A stretch of 64,000 nt of DNA from an uncultured beta proteobacterium (GCA_963726935.1 CAVSEH010000009.1:65156-129155); one strand, 5' to 3'; shown: positions 10,285 through 19,621, numbered from the stretch's first letter. Numbers and translations are program-made. The notes: generated from the letters alone by a model not told the origin.

Positions 10285-11187
10285 ATGATGCTCAGCAATG
10301 CAATAGGCCGCACGCTGCTCCTCGCAGCCGGCGTGCTGTTCGCCTCCGGAAGCGTGGGCCAGCAGCCGCAAGCGACCCCCAAGGCAGCCAAGCCAGCCGC
10401 GAAGAAGGCGGCAGCACCGGCGATACAGATGGGACTGGAACCGAAGGCGATCGAAATCCTCAAGGCAGCGAGTGCGCGACTTGCCGCCGCGAAGTCGATG
10501 GCATTCACGGCGGTCGTCTCCTACGAGAGTCCGAGCCGCCTCGGGCCGCCGTTGATCTATTCAACGAAGTCGGAAGTCGTGCTCCAGCGGCCCGACAAAC
10601 TCCGCGTGCTCACGCTGGGTGACGGCCCGGCATCCGAGTTCTATTTCGACGGCAAGACGATGACGGCTTTCTCTCCCGCGGAGAATCTCGTTGCCGTCGC
10701 GGATGCGCCGGCGACCATCGACGCCGCCCTGCAGGCGGCATACGACACCGCCGCCATCTACTTCCCGTTCACCGACGTGATGGTTGCCGATCCCTGGAAG
10801 GACATCGCGGACGGATTGAAGATCGCGTTCTACATCGGGCAATCGAACATTGTCGGCGGCGTCACCACGGACATGGTGGCGTACGTCACGGGTGACGTGT
10901 TCGTGCAGATCTGGATCGGCTCCGACGACAAGCTACCGCGTCGCGTCTATGCCGTCTACCTTAGCGATCGCGCGCGACTGCGGCACGTGCTTGAATTGTC
11001 CAACTGGCAACTGGATACTGCGGTGCCGACAGACGCCTTTGCTTCGGCCAAGGCGGCCGGCGCGCAGCGCATCGCGTTCGCGCGTCCCGATGCAACGGAC
11101 GCGCCGGGAATGAAGCCGCCGCCGAAGGCCAAGCCCGCCAAGGGAAAGGCACAGCCCGCTAAGGCAAAACCAGCGAAGACTCAATAA
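10285..11187 (+). CDS. Periplasmic DUF2092 / LolA-like fold protein with Lys-Pro-Ala-rich termini
   Basis: 300 aa. Signal peptide, an AKPAAKKAAAP linker, a core resembling the DUF2092 family (LRVLTLGDGPASEFYFDGKTMTAFSP, IYFPFTDVM), and a C-terminal KPPPKAKPAKGKAQPAKAKPAK tail. Confidence 0.6.
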   Translation: MMLSNAIGRTLLLAAGVLFASGSVGQQPQATPKAAKPAAKKAAAPAIQMGLEPKAIEILKAASARLAAAKSMAFTAVVSYESPSRLGPPLIYSTKSEVVLQRPDKLRVLTLGDGPASEFYFDGKTMTAFSPAENLVAVADAPATIDAALQAAYDTAAIYFPFTDVMVADPWKDIADGLKIAFYIGQSNIVGGVTTDMVAYVTGDVFVQIWIGSDDKLPRRVYAVYLSDRARLRHVLELSNWQLDTAVPTDAFASAKAAGAQRIAFARPDATDAPGMKPPPKAKPAKGKAQPAKAKPAKTQ

Positions 11188-11197
11188 GGAGCACAGC

Positions 11198-12034
11198 ATG
11201 ATGAAGATCGTCATCGGTCTGACGGGTCTATTGATCCCGATATTCGCGACGAGTCCAGCCGCCGCCTGGTCGCACGCGAATGCCCGCGGCGGCAGCTCAT
11301 ACGGCGCTAACGGTTCGTTCCATCACACCAACGCAGAGGGCGGCGGCGAGACGCACGTTGCTGGCGAAGGCACGACTGCCCATAGCGCTGCTGGCGGCAC
11401 CGCCTACCACCAGGAAGGATCCGGTGAAACCCACGCAACCGGCGCGGATGGCGGGACGGCGACTCACTATCAAGGTTACGGCACGACGGGTGTGAGCTCC
11501 ACTGGCCAGGCGGCCTACCATCCCGAGGGGTCTGCCACGACCTACACCACCGCCAATGGCGCGACGGCATATCACAGCCCCTACTACGGCGCTGCGTATC
11601 CCGCATACCACCCGCCGACCACGGTCAACGTCTACGGCGCTGGCTGCTACAACTGTGGTGGCTGGAACGCGGCAGGTGCGGCTGCAGCAGGTGCGGCCGT
11701 CGGTATGGCGGCGGGCGCAGCAGTGGCTTCCGCCAATACGGCTGCCGCGACATCGAACGCGTATGCCGCGGGCGCCGCGGCCGCGAGCGCGAATACGGCC
11801 AATGCGTACAACGCCGGTGTAGTGGCGGGTGCGACAGGCGCCGCCACGGTCGTCGCAAGCCCTCCCCCGGTCGCCAGCGGCACATTTGCAATGGGCGGGA
11901 TCTACGCGGCCGTGCCGGCCGGCTCGATGGCGATCAACAAGAACGGCACCACGTACTACCTGAATGGCAATACCTGGTTCCAGCCATCCTTCGGCGCCAA
12001 TGGCGTCTACTACCGCGTGGTGCCGGCCCCCTGA
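11198..12034 (+). CDS. Exported His/Tyr-rich Gly-Ala-Thr low-complexity repeat protein
   Basis: 278 aa. Signal peptide ending AAA|W. About 9 degenerate G-x-T-A-(Y/T)-H units, a CYNCGG pair, an Ala/Gly hydrophobic stretch, and an aromatic C-terminus YYLNGNTWFQPSFGANGVYYRVVPAP. Confidence 0.6.
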   Translation: MMKIVIGLTGLLIPIFATSPAAAWSHANARGGSSYGANGSFHHTNAEGGGETHVAGEGTTAHSAAGGTAYHQEGSGETHATGADGGTATHYQGYGTTGVSSTGQAAYHPEGSATTYTTANGATAYHSPYYGAAYPAYHPPTTVNVYGAGCYNCGGWNAAGAAAAGAAVGMAAGAAVASANTAAATSNAYAAGAAAASANTANAYNAGVVAGATGAATVVASPPPVASGTFAMGGIYAAVPAGSMAINKNGTTYYLNGNTWFQPSFGANGVYYRVVPAP

Positions 12035-12045
12035 AAGGCAACGAC

Positions 12046-12636
12046 ATGAACGAAATTCGCACGCATCGAATGCGCCGCACGGGCCTGTGTGCCCTGGCGA
12101 CCGTGGCATTCTTCGCGCTGGCAGACGTCGCCAGCGCGCAGAGCATCCAGGAGCAACGCGAGAGCGTCCGCTCTGCCGCCAACGACACGCTCAACCGGCT
12201 GTACAACGCGCAGCCGGGGTCGAAAGAGGCGATTGCAAGAGCCGCCGGCTACGGCGTGTTCACCGATTTCGGCATGAAGATCCTCTTCGCGGGTGGCGGC
12301 ACCGGCAAGGGACTCGTCGTGAACAATCGCACCAAGCAAGAGACCTTCATGAAGATGATCGAGGTTCAGGCAGGGCTGGGTTTAGGGATCGACAAGTACC
12401 GGCTGGTATGGGTGTTCGAACAGGCCTCCGACCTCAACCAGTTCATCAACCAGGGTTGGGAACTGGGTGCACAAGCCACGATGACCGCGCAAGCCGGTGG
12501 TCAGGGCGTACAGGGATTTACCGGCGCGGTGGCGGTGACGCCCGGGGTGTGGCTCTACCAGCTCACTGACACAGGGCTCGCGGTCGACCTGACCGCCGGC
12601 GGCACCAAGTATTTTCGGGATCCCGACCTTAACTGA
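12046..12636 (+). CDS. SYLF (Ysc84/DUF500) lipid-binding-domain protein, exported
   Basis: 196 aa. Signal peptide. SYLF-type core (GYGVFTDFGMKILFAGGGTGKGLVVNN, VQAGLGLGIDKYRLVWVF, GWELGAQATMTA). Confidence 0.7.
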   Translation: MNEIRTHRMRRTGLCALATVAFFALADVASAQSIQEQRESVRSAANDTLNRLYNAQPGSKEAIARAAGYGVFTDFGMKILFAGGGTGKGLVVNNRTKQETFMKMIEVQAGLGLGIDKYRLVWVFEQASDLNQFINQGWELGAQATMTAQAGGQGVQGFTGAVAVTPGVWLYQLTDTGLAVDLTAGGTKYFRDPDLN

Positions 12637-12739
12637 TCCGGACGCGTCGCGAGGAGGCTTGTCGCTTCGCTGACGAGCGCGGACACTCTGTCTGTGCCGA
12701 GGTTAGCATTCCGCGATACCTCAGCGTGCGGAGGTATCC

Positions 12740-13276
12740 ATGAGCAAATTCGCCAAGACGCTCAAGCACGAACTCGCGGAGATGATTCCGCCGACCGTCT
12801 ATTTCTTTGTCATTCTCCACATCGTCGCCCTGATCCGAGTGCTGATGACCAAGAATACGGGTATCGACGTATCGACCACGACGTCCATCGGCATTGCTGC
12901 GCTGATCCTTGGCAAGGCCGTGCTTCTCGCCAACGCGCTGCCGTTCATCAATCGCTTTCCCGAGAAGCCGCTGATGTGGAATGTCTGCTGGAAGACCGCG
13001 CTCTATTTCCTGGTAGCCCTGGTGATCCACTACCTCGAGCACCTCTACGATTTCTGGAAGGTCGCTCCGGGATTTGCCGCGGCGAACCAGAAACTGCTCT
13101 CCGAGATCGTATGGCCGCACTTCTGGGCCATACAGATACTGCTGACGGTGCTGATATTCACCTACTGCGTTGCGAGTGAACTGGCACGTGTGGTCGGACC
13201 GGACAAGCTAAAGAGGATGTTCTTCGGACCGCTGCCTGCCAAGCCCGAGAAGCTTGATCCGACCGGCTCCGCATGA
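12740..13276 (+). CDS. Four-TM inner-membrane protein, unknown function
   Basis: 178 aa with four hydrophobic segments. Its stop overlaps the start of the next gene (13273), which suggests translational coupling. Confidence 0.6.
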   Translation: MSKFAKTLKHELAEMIPPTVYFFVILHIVALIRVLMTKNTGIDVSTTTSIGIAALILGKAVLLANALPFINRFPEKPLMWNVCWKTALYFLVALVIHYLEHLYDFWKVAPGFAAANQKLLSEIVWPHFWAIQILLTVLIFTYCVASELARVVGPDKLKRMFFGPLPAKPEKLDPTGSA

Positions 13277-14598
13277 CCCTCGAAGACCTGGCGCTGCTGT
13301 CGCGACGCGACCGCGTGCGCATGGTCGTGCTGGTCGTCACCTTGATCGTTGCCGCGCTATGGGCATCCGCCCATTTCCTGCAGCCCGCGCCGCCCCGCCG
13401 CCTTGTTCTGGCGTCCGGTCTCCCGGACGGACTCTTCCACAAATACGCGCAGCGTTACATCGAAATCCTGGCGCGATCGGGCGTGACCGTCGAGGAGCGT
13501 TTGACCAACGGCGCAGGTGACAACCTGACGCTACTGCAGGATCCGTCTTCAGGCGTCGACATCGCCTTCGCGCAGGGTGGCGTGGCAAGATTTCCCGAAG
13601 CGGACAATGTGGTCATGCTCGCGAGCCTCTTCTATGTGCCGATGTGGGTTTTCTACAGCGGCACGGAAACGCACGACCAGATCAACGAGCTGCGCTATCG
13701 TCGGATCGCCTTCGGCCTGGAAGGCAGTGGGACTCGTGCATTCGCGGAACCGTTGCTCGCCATCAACGGGCTCACGAGCGGCAATGTGACCTTGCTTCCG
13801 ATGAGCAATGGCGATGCACTGCTCGCGCTGCAGTCGGGCCAGGTAACAGCGGCGATCTTCGTCGATGGCGCGGAGAATCCGGCGGTGTGGGACGCACTGC
13901 ACGATCCCAAGTTGAAACTGATGAATTTCAGGCGGGCCGATACCTATCATCGTCGGTTCCACTACATCAGCAAGCTGACGCTGCCGCCCGGGGTAATCGA
14001 TTTTGCGCTCAACATTCCGGAAGAAGAAGTCGCGCTGATCGGCACCAAGGCAATGCTCGCCGCGCGTGACGGACTGCACCCCGCCCTGATCAACCTGCTC
14101 GCGGATGCCGCCCAGGAGATTCACAGCGGACCGGGATTTTTCGAGGAGGCAGGTGAGTTCCCCGGAACGACCCAGGTCGACCTGCGCGTTTCTCCGGGAG
14201 CGGAGCGGCACAAGCGCTTCGGTCCGAGCTTTCTCTATCAATATCTGCCGTTCTGGGTGGCCACGATTGCAGAGCGCGCGATCATCGTGCTCCTCCCGCT
14301 TGCTGTCGTACTCATCCCGCTGTTCAACTACCTGCCGCAATTCCTGCGCTGGCGCGTCCGCTCTCGCGTGTACCGCTGGTACGGCGAGCTGGCATTGCTG
14401 GAGCGCGATGTCGCCACCCGCACGGGTTCCCTACCCGTCGAAAAATGGCTGTCGGACCTCGACCGCATCGAGCAGGCCGTCGCCCGGATCCACACGCCGG
14501 CTGGCTTCGCCAGCGAAGCGTATACGTTGCGCGAGCACATCGGCCTGGTCCGGCGCGCGGTGCTGGCGAGGACCGGCACCGTCGCCAGCACCCGTTGA
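13273..14598 (+). CDS. Membrane-anchored TAXI-family (TRAP-type) solute-binding-domain protein with C-terminal TM pair and helical tail
   Basis: 441 aa. N-terminal TM (VVLVVTLIVAALWASAHFL). TAXI-like periplasmic domain (GGVARFPEADNVVMLASLFYVPMWVFY, IAFGLEGSGTRAF). Then a hydrophobic hairpin (FLYQYLPFWVATIAERAIIVLLPLAVVLIPLF) and a predicted helical cytoplasmic tail. No TRAP DctQ/DctM gene is present in the window. Confidence 0.7.
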   Translation: MTLEDLALLSRRDRVRMVVLVVTLIVAALWASAHFLQPAPPRRLVLASGLPDGLFHKYAQRYIEILARSGVTVEERLTNGAGDNLTLLQDPSSGVDIAFAQGGVARFPEADNVVMLASLFYVPMWVFYSGTETHDQINELRYRRIAFGLEGSGTRAFAEPLLAINGLTSGNVTLLPMSNGDALLALQSGQVTAAIFVDGAENPAVWDALHDPKLKLMNFRRADTYHRRFHYISKLTLPPGVIDFALNIPEEEVALIGTKAMLAARDGLHPALINLLADAAQEIHSGPGFFEEAGEFPGTTQVDLRVSPGAERHKRFGPSFLYQYLPFWVATIAERAIIVLLPLAVVLIPLFNYLPQFLRWRVRSRVYRWYGELALLERDVATRTGSLPVEKWLSDLDRIEQAVARIHTPAGFASEAYTLREHIGLVRRAVLARTGTVASTR

Positions 14599-14609
14599 CC
14601 TGCTGCCGT

Positions 14610-15561
14610 CTATGCGATCGGTACCCGCGTCGCATTCGCGGCGAGCCAGGCATCGAACGTTCTGCAACGCCGGGTTCAACGAACGGGAGAGTTCGAGGTC
14701 GCGCATACGCAGAAATTCGTCACCGAGGATTGCCTGGAACTGGAACATGTTGCCGAGATCATCGGCGCCGGGAAAGCCCAGTCCGCGGTAAACGTCGAAC
14801 GGCACGTCCTGGAACTCGACCTTCTTGCCGAGCGCGCGGCCGAACTTGGTCGCCATCTCCTCGCCGGAGAGAATCTCGCCCGTCACGCCGAAGCGCTGAC
14901 CAATCGCCCCGGACCCGCGACGGAAAATGCCGAAAGCGCACTTGCCGATGTCGACCGCGGCAATGCCCGGCAACTTGACGCCTCCTAGCGGTAGCGCCAG
15001 CACGAGTCCGCCGTCGGTACCCTTGCGCGGCCCCATCCCGAAATAGATGAAATTCTCCCAATAAAAGGAGGCCATCAGGTAGCTGGTCGGGGCCGCCTCG
15101 GTCGCGAACAGGCGGTCCGCATCACCTTTGGCGTCGAAATGCGGCACCTTGTATTTGCCCTGCAGCGTCGGCAAGCGGCTGTCGGCAAGCGGCACCCATT
15201 TTCGGGTGTCTTCGAGGGTCGACCACACGACGTGCTGGATGCCGGCCTTCCGGCTCGCGCGCGCCAGCGCGGTTGCCTGGGCCGCTTCGCGCTCCGCCGA
15301 GAAATGCTCCCAGAAATTCGTGACGCAGAACGCACCGTAGGCGCCGGCGAAAGCCTGGTCGAGGCTCGGTGCGTCGTCGGCATCGCCCGCGACCACTTCC
15401 GCCCCCAGCGCGGCCAGCGCCCGAGCGTTTTCCGAATCGGGTTTGCGCGTAATGGCTCTCGCCGCAAACGACCCGCTGGGATCGGCGAGGATCGCGCGGA
15501 CCAGCCCGCCGCCCTGCGCACCCGTGGCGCCGACGACGGCGATGACTTTCTTCTGTGCCAT
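14610..15561 (-). pseudogene. NmrA-family NAD(P)-binding protein with a C-terminal frame switch
   Basis: ORF 14431..15561 begins MAQKKVIAVVGATGAQGGG (Rossmann motif). Near 14660-14661 (AA on the coding strand) the frame changes. Removing one base gives a typical ending, ...LQTFDAWLAANATRVPIA-stop, at 14610. As written, the ORF instead runs 168 nt into the convergent TAXI gene. Confidence 0.75.
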
Positions 15562-15623
15562 AAGTTATGCTCCTCGCGATGGTGGCCACTGACGACCTTG
15601 ATTTGGCGGCACTATTCTGCACG

Positions 15624-16355
15624 ATGCGAAAGCGCGGCGGCAAATGGTTTGCGCCGCGGTGGCCGCTCATGGTGGCCATCGCCCTGTCCTGCATGGTCGC
15701 CGCGTGCACGGTCCCGGTTGCCCGGCCGCCTGTCCTCGGCGACCGGGGGCCCGAGGGATTCCCTACCAGCTACTACCAGCAGCTCTCGCAGCGTGGGAGC
15801 GAGGTTTTGCAGATCGATCCCGCGCAGTCGTTGATCGTCATCGAGGTGCGACGCGCCGGGTCCCTCGCCAACCTCGGACACGATCATGTCGTCGCAAGCC
15901 ACGACGTGCGCGGCTATGTGGCCCCGAGTGAGGCGAGGGCCGATTTCTACATTCGACTCGACCAGTTGGTCGTGGATGAGCCCGCCTTGCGGGCCGAGGC
16001 GGCGTTCGATACGCAGCCGCCGGAATCGGCGATCGCCGGTACCCGCGAGAACATGCTGCGAAAATTCAATGCCGAGGCACACCCCTACGCCGCCATAGCC
16101 GTGACGGGCGTCGCCGTCGATGCGACGGCGATGCAACAACTCGAAACGTCCGTTTCGCTCAACGGGGTCACGCGCACGGTGCACGTTCCCGCGAAGATCG
16201 AGAAGACCGCCGGTCAAGTGACCGTGAGCGGCCGCACCACCCTTGCGCAGACTGCATTTGAGATCACGCCCTTTTCCATTCTCGGCGGCGCCCTTCAGGT
16301 GCAGGATCAGGTGGACGTGCGCTTCACGATTCGTGCCCGCAGCTCGCAGCCATGA
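15624..16355 (+). CDS. YceI-like domain lipoprotein
   Basis: Inside ORF 15567..16355. Probable start is M20 (MRKRGGKWF...) with lipobox-like SCMVAAC. YceI-type core (LGHDHVV, FEITPFSILGGALQVQDQVDVRF). Confidence 0.7.
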   Translation: MRKRGGKWFAPRWPLMVAIALSCMVAACTVPVARPPVLGDRGPEGFPTSYYQQLSQRGSEVLQIDPAQSLIVIEVRRAGSLANLGHDHVVASHDVRGYVAPSEARADFYIRLDQLVVDEPALRAEAAFDTQPPESAIAGTRENMLRKFNAEAHPYAAIAVTGVAVDATAMQQLETSVSLNGVTRTVHVPAKIEKTAGQVTVSGRTTLAQTAFEITPFSILGGALQVQDQVDVRFTIRARSSQP

Positions 16356-16471
16356 TGATGACGCGTCGGACGCAGCGGAATAGGCGAACCGAGTGCGCTG
16401 TTGGCGGTCGTAATTGATACGGATGGCGCCAACGACGGAATCAATCTGTTACAGGTGGTCAAGACGGATGT

Positions 16472-17110
16472 GTGAATGAAGGGACACTTTTCAGTACGGA
16501 CGCGCGCGCATACAATCGAACTGACTGTCCTCGGAGCACGGCTGTGCTGAAACATCTGCTTCGCACGCTTTTACCGCTGGCACTCGGGCTCAGCTTCGGG
16601 CTGCAGGCGGCCCAGGCTGCGATCTATACCTGGACCGATGCTTCGGGGAGAGTGAACGTCAGCAATCTCGCGCCACCCGAGGGCACGCGCGTGACCAGCG
16701 TCGTGCCGGAAAGCCCGCCCGTCGCACCGGGTACGTCCATCGCCGACGATGCGGCGCGCCGGCTCGAAGTGCAGGCGTTGGCCGACCGCGTCCGGCAACT
16801 CGAGTTCGACGCCCAATTTGCGCAACGTCAGCCTGCGCCCGTAGCGACCTATCAGGCGCCACCGGTAGCGACCTACCAGATGCCTCCGGTGCAGTACTCG
16901 GAATTCCCGCCCGCGTACGCAGACACGCCGGACCTAGGCTGCAATCCCTCATGGGCAGGCTGCGGCAATTGGTGGATGCCATTTGGTTACGGTTACCCGA
17001 TCGTGGTGGTGCAATCGCCCTTTCGGCATGCGCGACCCATCAAGGGCGGCGGTCACAACATGCCGGTACAGCGACCGATGCGGCCTTTTGGGGTCGCCTA
17101 CCGACGTTGA
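16472..17110 (+). CDS. DUF4124-type exported protein with Pro-rich repeat region
   Basis: ORF 16472..17110. The likely true start is GTG 16544 (VLKHLLRTLLPLALGL). DUF4124-like IYTWTDASGRVNVSN follows the signal peptide. Contains a PVATYQ short repeat. Confidence 0.6.
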   Translation: MNEGTLFSTDARAYNRTDCPRSTAVLKHLLRTLLPLALGLSFGLQAAQAAIYTWTDASGRVNVSNLAPPEGTRVTSVVPESPPVAPGTSIADDAARRLEVQALADRVRQLEFDAQFAQRQPAPVATYQAPPVATYQMPPVQYSEFPPAYADTPDLGCNPSWAGCGNWWMPFGYGYPIVVVQSPFRHARPIKGGGHNMPVQRPMRPFGVAYRR

Positions 17111-17158
17111 ATCGGCGACCCCCACGGCGCGACATCGCCGTGTTCCAGCAGTGACGAA

Positions 17159-18181
17159 TCAGTCCGGCTGAATCTTCGCGTCGCGCACGATCCTCTCCCA
17201 GCGATCGAGATCGGTCCGCGTCGTTTCCGCGAGTTGCTCTGACGTGCCACCGGTGGGTACCAACCCCTGCTTCTGCAGCGTCTCGGCGATGTCGGGCGAT
17301 TTCAGCACCGTGTTCACCGTGCTGTTGAGTTTCGCGACGATCGCCGCCGGTGTGCGCGCCGGGACGTACAAGCCGTACCAGATGTCGGTATCGATGTCGC
17401 GCAGGCCGGTCGCTTCCGCCAGCGACGGCACGTCGGGCGTCACGGCAGATCGCTGCGTTCCACCCGCGGCGAGCATGTTGAGCTTCCCTGCAGTGACCAG
17501 CGGCAGTGCCACGTGCACGGGTAGAAACATCGCATTGATCTGGCCACCCAGCAGGTCCTGCGTGGCCCCTGCCGTGCCTTTGTAGGGGACGTGAAGCAGG
17601 TTGATCCCGGTCTTCGCCTTGAACAGTTCCATCGACAGATGATGCGGGGTGCCATTGCCCGGCGATCCGTAGGTCAGCATCCCGGGGCTCTCCTTGGCAA
17701 GCGCAATGAACTCCTTGACAGTCTTCGCCTTCACCGCGGGATTGACGACCAGCGCGAGCTGCCCGACCGCAAGGGGTACCACCGGTGTGAAATCCTTGAT
17801 CGGGTCGTACGGGATCGACACGAACAGCCCGCGGTTCTGCACGATCGTGGCCGCGGTCATGAGCAGCGTATAGCCATCCGGCGGCGACTTCGCCACGGCT
17901 TCGGTGCCGATATTGCCGCTCGCGCCGGGCCTATTCTCGACCACGACCGCGACTTTCCAGTCGTCGCCCATCTTCTGGCCGAGCGTTCGCGCCAGGATGT
18001 CGATGCCGGTGCCCGGTGTGAACGGCACGACGATCTTGACCGGCTTGCTCGGATAAGCCTCCTGCGCGTGCGCGGGAACCTGCACCAGCAGGAGTGACAA
18101 TGCGGTCGCAAGTGCCGCAACGAAGGCGGTGCAATGCCTCGACGCACGATTCGCCCCGGTTTCCCTGATTCTCATCGGCAT
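17159..18181 (-). CDS. Bug-family (TctC-like) tripartite tricarboxylate transporter substrate-binding protein
   Basis: 340 aa. Signal peptide. Hallmark YPSKPVKIVVPFTPGTGIDILAR, NRPGASGNIG and VPYKGTAGATQDLLGGQI. Confidence 0.9.
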   Translation of the reverse strand: MPMRIRETGANRASRHCTAFVAALATALSLLLVQVPAHAQEAYPSKPVKIVVPFTPGTGIDILARTLGQKMGDDWKVAVVVENRPGASGNIGTEAVAKSPPDGYTLLMTAATIVQNRGLFVSIPYDPIKDFTPVVPLAVGQLALVVNPAVKAKTVKEFIALAKESPGMLTYGSPGNGTPHHLSMELFKAKTGINLLHVPYKGTAGATQDLLGGQINAMFLPVHVALPLVTAGKLNMLAAGGTQRSAVTPDVPSLAEATGLRDIDTDIWYGLYVPARTPAAIVAKLNSTVNTVLKSPDIAETLQKQGLVPTGGTSEQLAETTRTDLDRWERIVRDAKIQPD

Positions 18182-18194
18182 TTCCCTATGGCAG

Positions 18195-19436
18195 TTAACG
18201 ACTGAGCGAGTCGCGGTCGTATTGTGCGACGCGCTTGTAGCTCTCGGAGATGGCGCGCAATTCGTCGTTGCTGATCACGTCCTCGATGCGCGCGAATGGC
18301 GTGTCACCCGTGCGCAGATAGACTTCGCGGATGATGGCATCGGGCGGGCTGCTGCGGTTCGTCAGCACGACGTTGGTCGTCGCCGGAAGTCTCGCGGCTT
18401 CGTACTCCGCCAGTGCCGCGACGGGATCGTCGCGATGCAACGCGAGCGCATCCGCGAGCTTTCTCGCGTCGAGGATCGCCTGCCCGGCCCCGTTCGAGCC
18501 GCGCGGCAGCATCGGATGCGCGGCATCGCCCAGGAACGTCACCCTGCCCTGGCCCCACGATGGCAACGGGTCCTGGTCGATCATCGGAAATTCGAGGATG
18601 GTCGGGGTCGCCCGGATCATCGCCGGCACGTCGAGCCAGTCGAAATGCCAGTCCTTGTAGGCATCGATGAAGTCCTCCACATTTCCCGGGCGGTTCCACT
18701 CGCGTTTGTCGCGATGTTTCGGCGTTTCGATTTCGGCAACCCAGTTGACCAGCTGGCGACCCTGCGCATCGACGTTGTTGCGGATCGGATAGATCACCAT
18801 CTTGCCGTGGGTGAGCCAGCCCGCGCGCACCATGCTGGCGCCCGAAAGAAACGGCGCCCACGCCGTCACGCCGCGCCACATGTTCACGCCGGAGTAGCGC
18901 GGCTCGCCTTCGCCCGGGTGCAGCTGCTTCCGGATCACCGAGTGCAGGCCGTCGCAACCCACCGCAACGTCTGCACGTTGCGTCGGTCGTTCCGCGCCCG
19001 TCCTGGCGTCGACAAAGCTCAACGTGATGCCATGACCATCCTGCAAAAATCCGACGCATTGCCAGCCCAGATGAATTCGACCCCGTCCGAGCCGCTCTTC
19101 GCACGCACGCAACAGCAAGCGCTGCAGATCGCCGCGATGTATCGAGAATTGTGGCGAGGCGTATCCTGCCGCCCGGCCAAGTGGCTCGCGGTAAATGAGT
19201 TGCCCGAAGCGATTGTAGAAGACCGCTTCGCGCGTCTCGACCGCAACCCGGGACAATTCGCCCTCCAGTCCGAGTGTGCAAAGCTCCTTGCTCGCGTGCG
19301 GCAGCACGTTGATGCCCGCACCGATCGGTGCCATCTCCGGTGCCGCATCGAATACCCGCGCAGGAATGCCGGCACGCTGCAAGGTCAACGCGAGCGTAAG
19401 GCCACCTATGCCCGCGCCGACGATGGATACTTCCAT
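18195..19436 (-). CDS. FAD-dependent aromatic-ring monooxygenase (salicylate/3-hydroxybenzoate hydroxylase-like)
   Basis: 413 aa. GxGxxG motif IVGAGIGGLTLAL, a DG motif (VGCDGLHSVIR) and GDAAHPMLPRGSNGAGQAILDA. Confidence 0.85.
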   Translation of the reverse strand: MEVSIVGAGIGGLTLALTLQRAGIPARVFDAAPEMAPIGAGINVLPHASKELCTLGLEGELSRVAVETREAVFYNRFGQLIYREPLGRAAGYASPQFSIHRGDLQRLLLRACEERLGRGRIHLGWQCVGFLQDGHGITLSFVDARTGAERPTQRADVAVGCDGLHSVIRKQLHPGEGEPRYSGVNMWRGVTAWAPFLSGASMVRAGWLTHGKMVIYPIRNNVDAQGRQLVNWVAEIETPKHRDKREWNRPGNVEDFIDAYKDWHFDWLDVPAMIRATPTILEFPMIDQDPLPSWGQGRVTFLGDAAHPMLPRGSNGAGQAILDARKLADALALHRDDPVAALAEYEAARLPATTNVVLTNRSSPPDAIIREVYLRTGDTPFARIEDVISNDELRAISESYKRVAQYDRDSLSR

Positions 19437-19540
19437 GAGTCTTGCCTCCTTATCGATGCACCTGCCCGGTGCCCGCGCATTTCCCCGTATGCGGGTCGAT
19501 CAGACGGACCGATTTGGGGCATTCTCGGGCACACGATAGC

Positions 19541-19568
19541 GACTGTCCACCCACAGGGGTGGTCAGTC
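19541..19568. promoter_or_regulatory. 12-bp-stem hairpin (one mismatch, tetraloop ACAG) in the divergent monooxygenase/pqiA intergenic region
   Basis: GACTGTCCACCC-ACAG-GGGTGGTCAGTC, read directly. Function unknown. Confidence 0.3.
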
Positions 19569-19607
19569 CTTGCGAGAAGCAATGCTAGTCAACTACCATT
19601 CGGCATG

Positions 19608-19621
19608 ATTGCAAATGCAAT
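19608..19621. promoter_or_regulatory. Perfect palindrome ATTGCA-AA-TGCAAT upstream of pqiA; candidate operator
   Basis: Read directly. It lies about 60 bp upstream of the pqiA start in a locally AT-richer patch. Confidence 0.3.

Noticed and set aside
16838-16882. A short tandem DNA repeat, GTAGCGACCTAYCAG x2.
   Set aside because: It lies inside the DUF4124 gene and simply encodes a duplicated PVATYQ peptide in a Pro-rich linker. It is not an independent repeat element.
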